Notes: a model not told the origin generated them from the sequence alone. Shown: positions 19,228 to 29,594, numbered from the stretch's first letter. The stretch: DNA of 64,000 nucleotides from Firmicutes bacterium HGW-Firmicutes-15 (GCA_002840245.1 PHAA01000015.1:28808-92807), one strand, 5' to 3'. Made by a program: numbers and translations.

Positions 19228-20367
19228 GTGAGAATTATACTCTTAACTAGCATAGATCATGCCATTTCTTTGAACACATTGAAATGCCTTCATCATTCTG
19301 GCAACTCCACAATAGTAATCGGTACCCATTTGTCACGAAGTATTGCTCTTTCATCCTACTGTACAAAATTTTATGAACTACAAGGGGACATGTTTAATAG
19401 TGACAATAAATTGCTTGAAATAATTTATAGAATAAATCTCGAGTATAAGTGTGATGTCCTGCTTGCTCAAGGATTAGAAGATATGTGCTACATTAGCAAT
19501 AATATGGCACATATTAAAAAAATCATTCCAACTATGTTAGTTTCTCCAGCGGACCTTATCCACCAATTACATAACAAGTGGGAATTTTACTTGCTTCTGA
19601 GCAGTTTAAATATGCCAACTCCCAGAACTTTTTTACTGGATCGTGTTCCTTTAAGCTATGACTCCTTTCCGTTAGAATTTCCGGTTCTCACCAAGCCCCT
19701 GAACGGTAAAGGCGGTGAGGGAATTCAATATTTTAAAACAAAAAAACACTTCGATGAGGCTATACGCGATTTAGCATTACCGCTTATTGTTCAGGAATAT
19801 ATACCCGGTCAGGATATAGATTTAAGTGCCTTCTGCATAAATGGCAGTTTAATTGCATGGACTATACAGGAACAGACCCTTGGGATTCTAAAATTTGTAG
19901 AGAATGAAGAAGTCTTAGAAATATGCACAAATGTTTTAAATATGACTAATTACTCAGGAGTAGTCCACTTTGATTTGCGAATCGATGCAAGAGATAACTC
20001 GATTAAATTTCTGGAATGTAATCCCAGATTCTGGGGCTCTATTTATGAGTCCGCTAAAGCAGGAGTCAACTTCCCTGAACGGGTAGCAAAAGTAGTTATA
20101 AGTGGAGAAATGCCCTCACCCCAGAGTTTCCCAGTAATAGCCTGGGTTCCATTTAAGAAAAAAGAATTGTTATTTCATCCAGTATTCTTAATAAAACAAC
20201 TTCATACCACCGGGCCATTCTTTTTTGACTACCTGCGCTTTCTTAAAGATAATGCTGCGGCTGAATTATACCGGATTATTTATGCCAGAAATAAATCTAT
20301 AGGTGAAAAATGGCTGAATTTTTGTATAAAAAATCTGTCTGATAATAAAATCGAATACCTCACTTGA
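19228..20367 (+). CDS. ATP-grasp domain enzyme of unknown substrate
   Basis: The stretch VLTKPLNGKGGEGIQYF...LIVQEYIPGQDIDLSAF...HFDLRID...FLECNPRFWGS matches the ATP-grasp fold pattern. GTG start. Confidence 0.75.
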   Translation: MRIILLTSIDHAISLNTLKCLHHSGNSTIVIGTHLSRSIALSSYCTKFYELQGDMFNSDNKLLEIIYRINLEYKCDVLLAQGLEDMCYISNNMAHIKKIIPTMLVSPADLIHQLHNKWEFYLLLSSLNMPTPRTFLLDRVPLSYDSFPLEFPVLTKPLNGKGGEGIQYFKTKKHFDEAIRDLALPLIVQEYIPGQDIDLSAFCINGSLIAWTIQEQTLGILKFVENEEVLEICTNVLNMTNYSGVVHFDLRIDARDNSIKFLECNPRFWGSIYESAKAGVNFPERVAKVVISGEMPSPQSFPVIAWVPFKKKELLFHPVFLIKQLHTTGPFFFDYLRFLKDNAAAELYRIIYARNKSIGEKWLNFCIKNLSDNKIEYLT

Positions 20368-20558
20368 ATATGATTATATATATCCTTTAGTTAAACTGAA
20401 ATTTGATAATCCGCGAATGATATTGAATGTATATGAAAATGATAAGCTCCTGGGAATAGGTGCAGCAAAAAGACAAAAGAAGGGGAAATACATCGGTTTC
20501 TTGAAACGCAACATTATTGGGGAGCAACTTTAGGAAACGTTGGAAAACTCGACTCTTG

Positions 20559-21203
20559 TCATTTCACTTCATACCTTTTCAAGGTGGAAGTAACAGTGGT
20601 ATTCCCAGATATAAACTCCTGTTTTACCATCCCGACCCCTTTTTTGAAGTATTGGTATATGGTATCGTTTTGGCCGGCAAATTTCACTTTTATACAGTTA
20701 TCAAATTTACCTGCGGGAGTATCGACTAGGGCATCTATAGCAATTATTGATTTGTTAGCATCTTTGCCTGCCCAGGAGGTGCTTACTTTTAGCGGGGCCT
20801 GCAAAATGATGTCATTGTCATTGGTCGTAAAGTTAGTGTCCAGCAAATTTTTCGGCTGGTAGTCCTCGCCTGCAAAGAACACTATTTTCACGGCATTATC
20901 AGTGGTTTCGATTATTCGTGTAGCCACAGTGCCTCCGTTATCCTCCGTAGTCTGTGTCATATTGCCTTTACTGAACAAAACCTTTCTTGTAAAACTGGCG
21001 AATTCATTACCGGCTCCTTCATATTCCCAGGAACTTCCCACGGTTAATGGATAGTAATCAGCGGGCAGATTTACAACCACCGGATTAGGGGCAGGTTGGT
21101 TAGTGTCAGTGGGGTTGTTCGACTGGTTATTGGTAGCGGTCTGGCAGCCACCAATTAAGTTTAATCCTAAAATAAACAGCATTATAATGCTAATTCGTTT
21201 CAT
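20559..21203 (-). CDS. Lipoprotein of unknown function
   Basis: Signal peptide plus lipobox (MKRISIIMLFILGLNLIGGC). An AAGGAGAG RBS lies 7 nt before the ATG at 21203. Confidence 0.65.
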   Translation of the reverse strand: MKRISIIMLFILGLNLIGGCQTATNNQSNNPTDTNQPAPNPVVVNLPADYYPLTVGSSWEYEGAGNEFASFTRKVLFSKGNMTQTTEDNGGTVATRIIETTDNAVKIVFFAGEDYQPKNLLDTNFTTNDNDIILQAPLKVSTSWAGKDANKSIIAIDALVDTPAGKFDNCIKVKFAGQNDTIYQYFKKGVGMVKQEFISGNTTVTSTLKRYEVK

Positions 21204-21559
21204 TTGGCATCTCTCCTTCATTGCACAGGCAGTTTTGCTAGTATTATGAGCGTTAAGTGGTTTATTTAGTCGGGAGTGGACCAATCGATTAAGAGGTGGT
21301 TATGGAAATTGCATAAGATTCAGGATGATAATACGTTTAGCTGTATGTAACAATAAATTACTTTATTTTAAAGGAAAGGCTTTAACAGTAGTGCAAATTA
21401 TGATGGGATATTATATGCCAATTCACAAGCCACCACAAATAAACCTCCAAACGATACTCTTATATCATATATGTCTGGAGGATTATTCGGAATGAAATGA
21501 TTTAATAATTCTGGTATCATATCTAAAATTGTTTGATAGGATTATTATCTGGTTGAGTC

Positions 21560-21727
21560 CTAATAAATTGGAAAACCATCTTTATCAATCACATCTATAT
21601 TTCTTGATTTGTCTCCTTTTACCATCGTAATAGCTAGGTGGTAATCCAATTCTTGACCACTGTTGAGTTTAAAACTAGGTGACTTAGCTCCCGTATATAA
21701 TGCGGCTTCAATCTCAGATTGTTCCAT
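21560..21727 (-). CDS. Hypothetical 55-aa protein, absent from the ORF track because it is under 60 aa
   Basis: A GGAGGTG RBS lies 6 nt before the ATG. My translation is MEQSEIEAALYTGAKSPSFKLNSGQELDYHLAITMVKGDKSRNIDVIDKDGFPIY. I recognise no motif. Confidence 0.35.
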   Translation of the reverse strand: MEQSEIEAALYTGAKSPSFKLNSGQELDYHLAITMVKGDKSRNIDVIDKDGFPIY

Positions 21728-22097
21728 TATTAACACCTCCTTATACTTTAGTTTGATGCAAAAAGCAAAATATTATTAGTTTGAAAGCATGGCGATAATG
21801 TCAGAACAGTTATGTATTGCCAAGGATCAAAATGTCCTGCATAAATATGTGAACGCCCCAAAATCGGATGAAAAAGCTCAATGTGAATTTGGCGAAAACT
21901 CAATAATTATCATAGAATTAGCATTTTATGAGAAGCAACAAAGGAATGGTTAATAGCTCAGGGACTTTTTGGCGAAAAAGAAGGGATTTTAGTGAAAATT
22001 GAAGAATAAGGAAGGGAGGCGACTTATATACATATTTGAAAAGAGTTCGGAAAAAAACCTAACGATTAATATGGAAAGAAAGTAGCTGATAGAAGAA

Positions 22098-23954
22098 TTG
22101 AAGAAAGAAAAGCGTGATCAAATTAAACATCTCGGATCTATCCAATCATTTCTTGATGTTACTTATCAACAGACACTGGAAGCTTTACATGATAGTGAAG
22201 CCAAATTCCAAGGTCTGGCTGAATCTTCTCCTGTTTCAATATTTGTTTTTCAGAACAATAAGCTGCGCTATGTTAATCCCGAGTTTGTTACAATTACCGG
22301 CTATAGTGAGGCAGATTGTCTGAATATGAATTTCTGGGAGTTTATTCATCCTGATTGCCAGTCCCTGGTTAAAGATAGAGGAATTGCGCGTCAGAGAGGA
22401 GATTCTGCATCTGCTGGAAGGTACGAGACCAAACTTCTTTCCCGAAGCGGCAAAATAATTTGGGTGGATCTATATGCCAACCGCATAAACTATAAAGGGC
22501 AATCAGCTGTTATAGGATTGCTATATAACATCAGCGAGCGTAAAAGTTTTGAAGAAGCTCTTCACCAGTCAGAAGCAATGTACCGGACCATTTTTGAAAC
22601 TACTGGAACAGCAATGATAATTTTTGATGAAAATAAGTTGATTACGCTAGTAAACACAGAATTTGAAAGGCTTTCAGGTTATTCCAAAGACGAGATACAG
22701 AATAAGAAACACTGGCCAGAAGTTGTTGCCAAAGAGGATATTGAAAGAATGGAAGAGTATCACCGGCTTAGAAGAATCAAGTCTGAAGTTACTCCGTCGT
22801 CGTATGAGTTTAAATTGGTAGATAGGAAGGGTAGTCTGAAGGATATTTTTATTACAGTTAATATTATTCCGGGTACTACGGATTCAGTATGTTCCTTTAT
22901 GAATATAACCGAGCGTAAAAAAGCTGAAGAACAGGTAAGATATCTGAGTTTTCACGATAAAATGACTCGTCTATACAACCGGGCCTTCTTCGAGGAAGAA
23001 TTAAACCGGCTCGATACTTCTCGTCAGCTGCCAATAAGTCTGATTATCGGTGATGTTAATGGTTTAAAACTGATCAATGATGCTTTTGGCCATGCGAATG
23101 GGGATAGGTTGCTTATAAGAGTTGCGGAGATACTCACGCAATCTTGTCGTGCGGATGATATAGTAGCCCGCTGGGGCGGGGATGAGTTTATTATACTCTT
23201 GCCAAAAACTGATGAAAAAACAGCCCTCAAAATTTGCGAGAGGATAAAAGAAATCACCGGAAATGCTAGCAATTTTCCTATACCAATCAGCATTTCTCTG
23301 GGACAGTCGCTTAAAACTAGCAGCGACCAGAATATGGGACAGATCATTATACAAGCTGAGGATAAAATGTACCGCAATAAACTTTTGGAGAATAAAAGTG
23401 CCCGTAGCACCTTTGTTACTTCTCTGGAAAGAACTCTATGGGAGAAGAGCCATGAAACCAATGAACACTGCCAGCGCCTGATAAAAATGGCAGAACAAGT
23501 TGGGAAGGAAATCGATCTACCTGCTGGAGACTTGGACAACTTAAAGCTCCTTGCCACCTTGCATGATTTAGGTAAAATTGCCATACCTAACAGCATTCTT
23601 GATAAAATCGATACCTTATCCTTGAATGAATGGGAAATTATTAAAAAGCATCCTGAAACGGGGTACCGTATTGCTCTTACCTTGCCAGAACTTGCGCCTA
23701 TAGCTGAAGCTATACTTGCGCATCATGAACGCTGGGATGGATGTGGTTATCCATTAGGGCTAAAAGAAAAGGATATACCTCAAATATCTCGTATTTTGGC
23801 AATCGTTGATGCTTATGATGTTATGATTCAAGGGCGCATTTATAAAAAGGCGCTTAATAAAGAGGAAGCGATAGCTGAAATCCAAAAATGTGCAGGTACA
23901 CAGTTTGAACCGGAATTAGTTAAGGTATTTGTAGATTTTATACGGGAGAGGTGA
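22098..23954 (+). CDS. PAS-PAS-GGDEF-HD-GYP c-di-GMP turnover protein
   Basis: Two PAS/PAC modules, GGDEF (RWGGDEFIILL) preceded by an RADD I-site, and HD-GYP (HDLGKIAIP...HHERWDGCGYPLG). Confidence 0.9.
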   Translation: MKKEKRDQIKHLGSIQSFLDVTYQQTLEALHDSEAKFQGLAESSPVSIFVFQNNKLRYVNPEFVTITGYSEADCLNMNFWEFIHPDCQSLVKDRGIARQRGDSASAGRYETKLLSRSGKIIWVDLYANRINYKGQSAVIGLLYNISERKSFEEALHQSEAMYRTIFETTGTAMIIFDENKLITLVNTEFERLSGYSKDEIQNKKHWPEVVAKEDIERMEEYHRLRRIKSEVTPSSYEFKLVDRKGSLKDIFITVNIIPGTTDSVCSFMNITERKKAEEQVRYLSFHDKMTRLYNRAFFEEELNRLDTSRQLPISLIIGDVNGLKLINDAFGHANGDRLLIRVAEILTQSCRADDIVARWGGDEFIILLPKTDEKTALKICERIKEITGNASNFPIPISISLGQSLKTSSDQNMGQIIIQAEDKMYRNKLLENKSARSTFVTSLERTLWEKSHETNEHCQRLIKMAEQVGKEIDLPAGDLDNLKLLATLHDLGKIAIPNSILDKIDTLSLNEWEIIKKHPETGYRIALTLPELAPIAEAILAHHERWDGCGYPLGLKEKDIPQISRILAIVDAYDVMIQGRIYKKALNKEEAIAEIQKCAGTQFEPELVKVFVDFIRER

Positions 23955-23973
23955 AGGGGTGTCTCCATCCATC

Positions 23974-24144
23974 CTACTTCAGGAAAAGCTCCAGGCGGTC
24001 TAGGCCTTCTTTTATATTGCTTATGGAATTGGTATAGGAAAAATGAATATAGCCTTCGCAGTTGACTCCCAAATATATGCCTAGTATTTCTTGCACTTCC
24101 TGGTTACAGTCGCGCAGGGCAGCAATGCCGCCCTCGTGGTTTCG
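23974..24144 (-). pseudogene. Possible C-terminal remnant of a class I/II PLP aminotransferase
   Basis: The frame has no start codon and reads ...GGIAALRDCNQEVQEILGIYLGVNCEGYIHFSYTNSISNIKEGLDRLELFLK*. The ending resembles the R(I/L)SYA...EGL.RL..FL tail of aminotransferases. GC content is locally high. Confidence 0.3.
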
Positions 24145-24543
24145 CCACGGTACGGTTCACCTCCACCAATAGTGTCCAAAATGAGGTTTAAGGAAACTTA
24201 ATAAAGGAAGCATAACTTTTCCCTTTTAGAAAGCTTATTAACCAATTATTGTTATAATCCTTTAAATATTTCAGTGGGGCGGAGCCACGCTGTTAATTAT
24301 TGACTGAGCCATGCTGTAATAATAAAACATCAGAAGACAGTCAAGCCAGGTATTTGATCGCAATTCGATGGAAACTACTATAGCATCTTCAAAGCAGTGT
24401 TACTCGGACACAAATAAAAGCGTTTTCTGTTCTGGTATAATAATATCAACAAAATTAAGAATAATAGGTGGGTTATCTATCTTACCTGTATAAATACAGT
24501 GGGGTAATGAGAGGTCTGGCTTTGATATGCTTGGGAACTTCCG

Positions 24544-25260
24544 GTGCGGTTAGGTATTGAGAGGATGGTTTTATTGGACAATAATAAAATTCTAATCGTT
24601 GATGATGAAGAATTAATCAGGGATATGATTAAGGAGTACATAAGCCTGGAAAAATTAATTGCCGATGAGGCTGCGGATGGTAAGGAAGCAATAGAACTTA
24701 TTAAACAAAACAGCTATGCTCTGATTATTTTGGATGTTATGATGCCTAAAATGGATGGTTGGAGTGTGTGTAGGGAAATACGCAAGACCTCTCAGGTGCC
24801 TATAATAATGTTAACGGCTCGAGGAGAAGAATATGACAAACTTCTAGGGTTTGAGTTGGGGATTGATGATTATATTGTCAAACCATTCAGTCCCAAAGAA
24901 CTACTGGCTCGCGTGAAAGCCATTATACGGAGAAGCGCAGTGCGGGGTGAAACCCATGATCGGGTCAGCTTTGAAGGCTTGTCTGTTGTTTTCGACTCCC
25001 GAAATGTCTATGTGGATGATAGTTTGGTAAGTCTTACTCCCAAAGAATATGAGCTGCTCAATTTTTTTACCCACAATACCAACCGGGTATTTTCCAGGGA
25101 ACAATTACTTGATTCTGTGTGGGGATATGATTTCACAGGTGACACCAGAACCGTGGATACTCATGTAAAAATGCTGCGAGAAAGCTTGGGGATATACAGA
25201 AAGTTTATAGTAACCGTTTGGGGCACAGGCTATAAATTTGAAACTGGGGGCCAAAAATGA
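24544..25260 (+). CDS. OmpR-family response regulator
   Basis: Receiver domain (ILIVDDEE...ILDVMMPKMDG...KPF) plus a winged helix (TVWGTGYKF). The start is uncertain (GTG 24544, ATG 24565 or TTG 24574). Confidence 0.9.
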   Translation: MRLGIERMVLLDNNKILIVDDEELIRDMIKEYISLEKLIADEAADGKEAIELIKQNSYALIILDVMMPKMDGWSVCREIRKTSQVPIIMLTARGEEYDKLLGFELGIDDYIVKPFSPKELLARVKAIIRRSAVRGETHDRVSFEGLSVVFDSRNVYVDDSLVSLTPKEYELLNFFTHNTNRVFSREQLLDSVWGYDFTGDTRTVDTHVKMLRESLGIYRKFIVTVWGTGYKFETGGQK

Positions 25261-26660
25261 AAAGTATACGTTTTAAGTTATGGGCGGGAATGATGTCTCT
25301 GGTTCTGGTAGTATTAATTCTTCTGTGGCTCTTTCAAATAGTATTTATGGAAAGCTTCTATACCCAGATGAGAATAGCGGATATAAAAGACAAAGCCATT
25401 TCCATTACGAAATTGCTGGATGAAGGTAAGCGACAAGATTTCCAGGACCAAATGGATGCTCTGGCTTATGAAAATAACATGAGTATTGAATTGCTGGATA
25501 AGGCCGGAAAATCCTCCTATCTAACGGGTCCTTCGGGTGTGGGGGGACAATTACCTATGATTAAGAATAGTGCTCGAGTTCAAGTATATGATGAGGCCTT
25601 AGCCGGACACGAGGTTACTGTGCCTTTAACTCATCCCCGCTTTGGCAATAAATTTATGTTAATAGGCTTACCGGTAAATATTGCTGGGGAACTATCCGCG
25701 GTTTTAATAATAAGCTTTCCTTTAGCACCGGTGGAGGATACCGCTACTATATTGAAATGGCAACTTTTTTATATATCGCTGATTCTCCTGGCTGCTGCTC
25801 TGCTCATTTCTTTTCTCCTGGCTCGCAGTTTTACCCGTCCGATAGTAGATATAAAAAAGGCCGCGGAGAAGATGGCTGGCGGAGACTTTTCAGCTCGGAT
25901 TAACTCTAAGCAAGAGGATGAAATCGGGCAGCTGGCCCAAACTGTAAATTACTTAGGACAGCAACTGTCTCAAATAGACCAGATTCGCAAAGACTTAATT
26001 GCTAATGTATCCCATGAACTGCGAACTCCCTTAACCTTGATCAGAGGATATGCCGAAACCCTGAGGGATGTAACCGGTAGTGCACCTGACAAACGGGAAA
26101 AGCAATTGGGAATTATCATTGAGGAAACAGAACGCTTAAGCGGGATGGTGGATGATATTCTAAACCTATCCAGGCTGCAATCGGGATATTTCGAATTAAA
26201 TAAAAGCTGCTTTGGGATAAAGCATTTAGTTGACAGAGTGGCTAAAAGGTACGATTTGTTGAGCAAGAAGACAGGTGTGTCAATTATATTGCAGCTATCG
26301 GATGATGCTATGGTAGAAGCTGATGAAGCCAGAGTAGAACAGGTTTTATATAACTTGGTTAATAATGCTTTTAATCATACGCCTGCTGGAGGAAGGATCA
26401 CAATCAGGGATGTTGATCTTAGCCAAAAAGTAAGGATTGAAGTTGCGGATACCGGGAGTGGCATACCGGAGGAGGACATAACCCACATATGGGATAGATA
26501 CTATAAAGCTGAAACAACAGCTGCTAATACGGTGGGCATCGGCCTGGGACTGGCTATCGTTAAAGCGGTACTGGAAGCTCATGGGGCTGATTTTGGGGTG
26601 GATAGTCAAAAAGATGTGATGACCACCTTCTGGTTTGAACTTAAGAAGGGTACCATTTAA
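25257..26660 (+). CDS. Membrane sensor histidine kinase (2 TM, HAMP, HisKA, HATPase)
   Basis: H-box SHELRTPLTLI, N box NLVNNAFNH and G box DTGSGIP...GIGLGLAIV. Its start overlaps the response regulator stop (ATGA). Confidence 0.9.
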   Translation: MKSIRFKLWAGMMSLVLVVLILLWLFQIVFMESFYTQMRIADIKDKAISITKLLDEGKRQDFQDQMDALAYENNMSIELLDKAGKSSYLTGPSGVGGQLPMIKNSARVQVYDEALAGHEVTVPLTHPRFGNKFMLIGLPVNIAGELSAVLIISFPLAPVEDTATILKWQLFYISLILLAAALLISFLLARSFTRPIVDIKKAAEKMAGGDFSARINSKQEDEIGQLAQTVNYLGQQLSQIDQIRKDLIANVSHELRTPLTLIRGYAETLRDVTGSAPDKREKQLGIIIEETERLSGMVDDILNLSRLQSGYFELNKSCFGIKHLVDRVAKRYDLLSKKTGVSIILQLSDDAMVEADEARVEQVLYNLVNNAFNHTPAGGRITIRDVDLSQKVRIEVADTGSGIPEEDITHIWDRYYKAETTAANTVGIGLGLAIVKAVLEAHGADFGVDSQKDVMTTFWFELKKGTI

Positions 26661-26766
26661 AGATTTTTCACCAATCTTTTTGGTTTTCGTCATACTTCTA
26701 TCACAATTGCTCCGTATAATCAAAGCATAACCTGAACAAAGCAAAAAATTATAAGGAGTGGATAGT

Positions 26767-27240
26767 ATGAAAAGGTTCAAGAAATTAGTGATGGCGTTCA
26801 CCGTAATAGCTGTATTGGGAGCAGGCAGTGCGGCTTATGCCGCGACCGCCATGACACCTGCAGAAATCGCAGCAGGTTTGACAGGTAAAAGTGTGGAAAC
26901 ATTATATCAGGAAAGAGCAGCGGGCAAGACCTATGGCACGATTGCCAATGAAGCGGGTAAAATTGAAGAATTCAAGAGCCAAATGTTAGAACAGAAAAAA
27001 ATAGTCCTCGACCAACGGGTAGCTGATGGTAATCTTACTCAAGAACAAGCTGATACACGTTATAATTCCATCAAGGATAATCAGGCTAACTGCGACGGAA
27101 CTGGAAATGCTAAAATGGGGAAAAATTCTGGTTTAGGTTTGGGACAAGGAAATGGTATGGGTAACGGACGTGGAGCCGGTGGTGGAGCAGGAATCTGCAA
27201 CGGCACTGGAGCGGGACTAGGTCAGGGCAGGAACAAATAA
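26767..27240 (+). CDS. Secreted DUF2680/YckD-like protein with a Gly-rich tail
   Basis: Signal peptide MKRFKKLVMAFTVIAVLGAGSAAYA. The helical core LEQKKIVLDQRVADGNLTQEQADTRYNSIKDN resembles YckD. The C-terminus has GLGQGNGMGNGRGAGGG repeats. An AAGGAG RBS is present. Confidence 0.6.
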   Translation: MKRFKKLVMAFTVIAVLGAGSAAYAATAMTPAEIAAGLTGKSVETLYQERAAGKTYGTIANEAGKIEEFKSQMLEQKKIVLDQRVADGNLTQEQADTRYNSIKDNQANCDGTGNAKMGKNSGLGLGQGNGMGNGRGAGGGAGICNGTGAGLGQGRNK

Positions 27241-27261
27241 AACCCTTATGCAGATTAAATG

Positions 27262-27297
27262 TTATCAGGAGAGCTTTCGCTCTCCTGATAATTGTTT
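27262..27297 (+). terminator. Rho-independent terminator
   Basis: 13-bp stem ttatcaggagagc-tttc-gctctcctgataa, followed by ttgtttt. Confidence 0.8.
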
Positions 27298-27369
27298 TAA
27301 ATACCGTGTAGGATAGACTGGTCACAGAATCTATCGCTCTAAATTATAAATTCTGTAAAAGGGGGGCTA

Positions 27370-28740
27370 TTGGTGAAACGGAATCAAATTTCGAAATGGT
27401 TAAGACTTTCAGTCTTATTCGGATTATTGGCTTATGTAACCTATGAATCATATATGCATCAGGTTCTGGGGGGAGGAAAGGCTGCTTCAGTACACGCTCT
27501 CTGTCCTTTGGGAGCTTTAGAAAGTTTATATACCTTATTGTTTATGGGTAGTTTCATACAGAAGATCTACTCAGGTACGGTGGTCTTACTGGTATTGACG
27601 ATAGTATTGGCACTGCTATTCAGAAGAAGCTTTTGTGGCATGCTTTGCCCTTTCGGTGCTTTGCAGGAGTTGTTTGCCATGCTGGGCCGGAAAATTTTTC
27701 GCAAGCGGCTGGTAGTTCCTGAACTAATTGATAAACCCGGGCGCTATCTAAAATATGTTGCGCTAATACTTACGGTTGGAATGGCCTGGTATCTTGGAAA
27801 ACTGTGGATGTCTCCTTATGATCCCTACGTAGCCTACTCACACTTATCGACGGCATCGGGGTACATTGCCGAAGAGCCTTTGGCGGTAATAGGATTTATA
27901 CTATTGGCGCTTACTATTATTGGCTCCATCTTATATGATCGTTTTTTCTGTAAATACCTATGTCCAGCGGGAGCTTTCTATGCAATTATCGGTAAAATCA
28001 GTCCCACTAGGGTAGAACGCAATGACGATCTGTGCATTCACTGCCACGCTTGTAACAAGGCCTGCCCGGTCAATATTGAAGTTGAAAAAGCAGTGCAAGT
28101 TAATAGTGCAGAATGTATAAACTGTAATGATTGTGTGCTGGTTTGCCCTAAAGAGGGGGCGCTGGAGATAAAATCTTTTAAGAAAATAATTCATCCGATA
28201 GCCATTTTGCTGATGGTAGTAGGTCTCTTTTTTGGCACCATATTTATAGCGGATGTGACGGGTTATTATCAAACCATGCCCTCAGCACTAAAGGAAGGGC
28301 AAATTATTTCCCTATCGGAGATTAAAGGATATTTTACAATAGAGGATGCAGCTATAGCTACTGGTTTATCCTTGGAAGAAGTCTATCAGAAAATGGATAT
28401 TCCTAAGAGCGTATCCAAGAGCACACAGATGAAAGAAATATCGCAGCAAGTCTCAGGCTACGATTTTGATGCAGCTAAAGTAAAAGCTGGGGGTACTGAT
28501 GTTCCTGCGCAGGAAACAATAAACCCTAATCCAGCTAACAATAGCGTGAAAGTAGATCTCAGCGGCATTAAAGGTTCAATGACAATCAGGGAGGCAGCTG
28601 AATCTCTAAATATGGATCAGAAGGAGTTTTACACTTTGTTCAAGATTCCCGGGGATGTCCCGGCTCAGACCCAAATGAAAAATATAGGAGAGCTTGTCTC
28701 AGGATATAATCTTGACCAAGTAAAAGAGATGTTAAAATAA
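27370..28740 (+). CDS. NapH/MauN-like membrane polyferredoxin with a duplicated C-terminal domain
   Basis: CX3CP motifs (CPLGAL, CGMLCPFGAL, CKYLCPAGAF) and two 4Fe-4S motifs (CIHCHACNKACP, CINCNDCVLVCP). After an extra TM helix come two domains of about 57 aa, at 28321-28500 and 28567-28737. Confidence 0.8.
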   Translation: MVKRNQISKWLRLSVLFGLLAYVTYESYMHQVLGGGKAASVHALCPLGALESLYTLLFMGSFIQKIYSGTVVLLVLTIVLALLFRRSFCGMLCPFGALQELFAMLGRKIFRKRLVVPELIDKPGRYLKYVALILTVGMAWYLGKLWMSPYDPYVAYSHLSTASGYIAEEPLAVIGFILLALTIIGSILYDRFFCKYLCPAGAFYAIIGKISPTRVERNDDLCIHCHACNKACPVNIEVEKAVQVNSAECINCNDCVLVCPKEGALEIKSFKKIIHPIAILLMVVGLFFGTIFIADVTGYYQTMPSALKEGQIISLSEIKGYFTIEDAAIATGLSLEEVYQKMDIPKSVSKSTQMKEISQQVSGYDFDAAKVKAGGTDVPAQETINPNPANNSVKVDLSGIKGSMTIREAAESLNMDQKEFYTLFKIPGDVPAQTQMKNIGELVSGYNLDQVKEMLK

Positions 28741-28953
28741 AATAATTTTCATTTAGAGCCTACTTTAATTGCTTCCGCGATGCGTGCATCATTAATGTGG
28801 AAGTTTAACCGGTTTGAATCTTAATGTTTTGCAATATATTGGAGCCATACGTACTGATGAAGGAACGTGTGGCTTCTTTAAATCACGGGTATTTTTTCAC
28901 TTATAGGGTTCGGTGAGATCGGAGAGTGGTGTAAAGAATTAGGGCTCCAAATT

Positions 28954-29481
28954 CTAAAGCCCGTACTTACCGGTGCTACTGTCAAGAAAGATTGACCAAT
29001 GGGGTGGGTTACACGTTAAGACTGCAAAAATTATAAACAGTATTAATATTGCTATGAGAGAAATATTTCGCCATTCATTGGGGAAAGGAGCTTTAAGCAT
29101 GAGGTAATAACTTATCAATTGACCTATACTAATTGAAAGGCCAAAAATTAAAATATCCAGCCAAAGAACGGGATGGCCAAGGATATTTCGATATGAATAG
29201 TGCAATGTTACAATTATAATAGGTATAACGTATAGAGCCGCTGTACGGGCAGGAACAAAATTATCATTAAATCTGCCTATATAAAAGAATTGCAGTATGG
29301 AGAATAATAAAAAAGGAAATTGGGCTAATTTTAAATGTTCCCATACACTCTCATTTACAGGAGCTATCAAGGCTATAAACCAGAGATTTCCTGATAAAGA
29401 ATATATAAAATGCCATAAAAAGCCAAGAAAGAAGATAATGAAGATTCCTGCTATTTGCCACAATAATATTTGTTTTTTCAA
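28954..29481 (-). CDS. Integral membrane protein of unknown function
   Basis: Five or six hydrophobic helices. TTG start with an AAGGAG 11 nt upstream. I cannot assign a family with confidence. Confidence 0.55.
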   Translation of the reverse strand: MKKQILLWQIAGIFIIFFLGFLWHFIYSLSGNLWFIALIAPVNESVWEHLKLAQFPFLLFSILQFFYIGRFNDNFVPARTAALYVIPIIIVTLHYSYRNILGHPVLWLDILIFGLSISIGQLISYYLMLKAPFPNEWRNISLIAILILFIIFAVLTCNPPHWSIFLDSSTGKYGL

Positions 29482-29594
29482 TTCATAAACAACTCCTTAG
29501 TAAAAAAATATGGAAAATATTACTATTGTATTATAACTTAAATTATTAAATAGGGCATGGTTAAAACGATTTATATATTAACCAGAAAGTATGA

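Noticed and set aside
28841-28920. Possible sixth, degenerate copy of the repeat family (acgtac...aatcacgggtatttttt...tagggt)
   Set aside because: Only short blocks match, and the similarity is too weak to call by eye. It needs a profile search. I did not annotate it as a feature.
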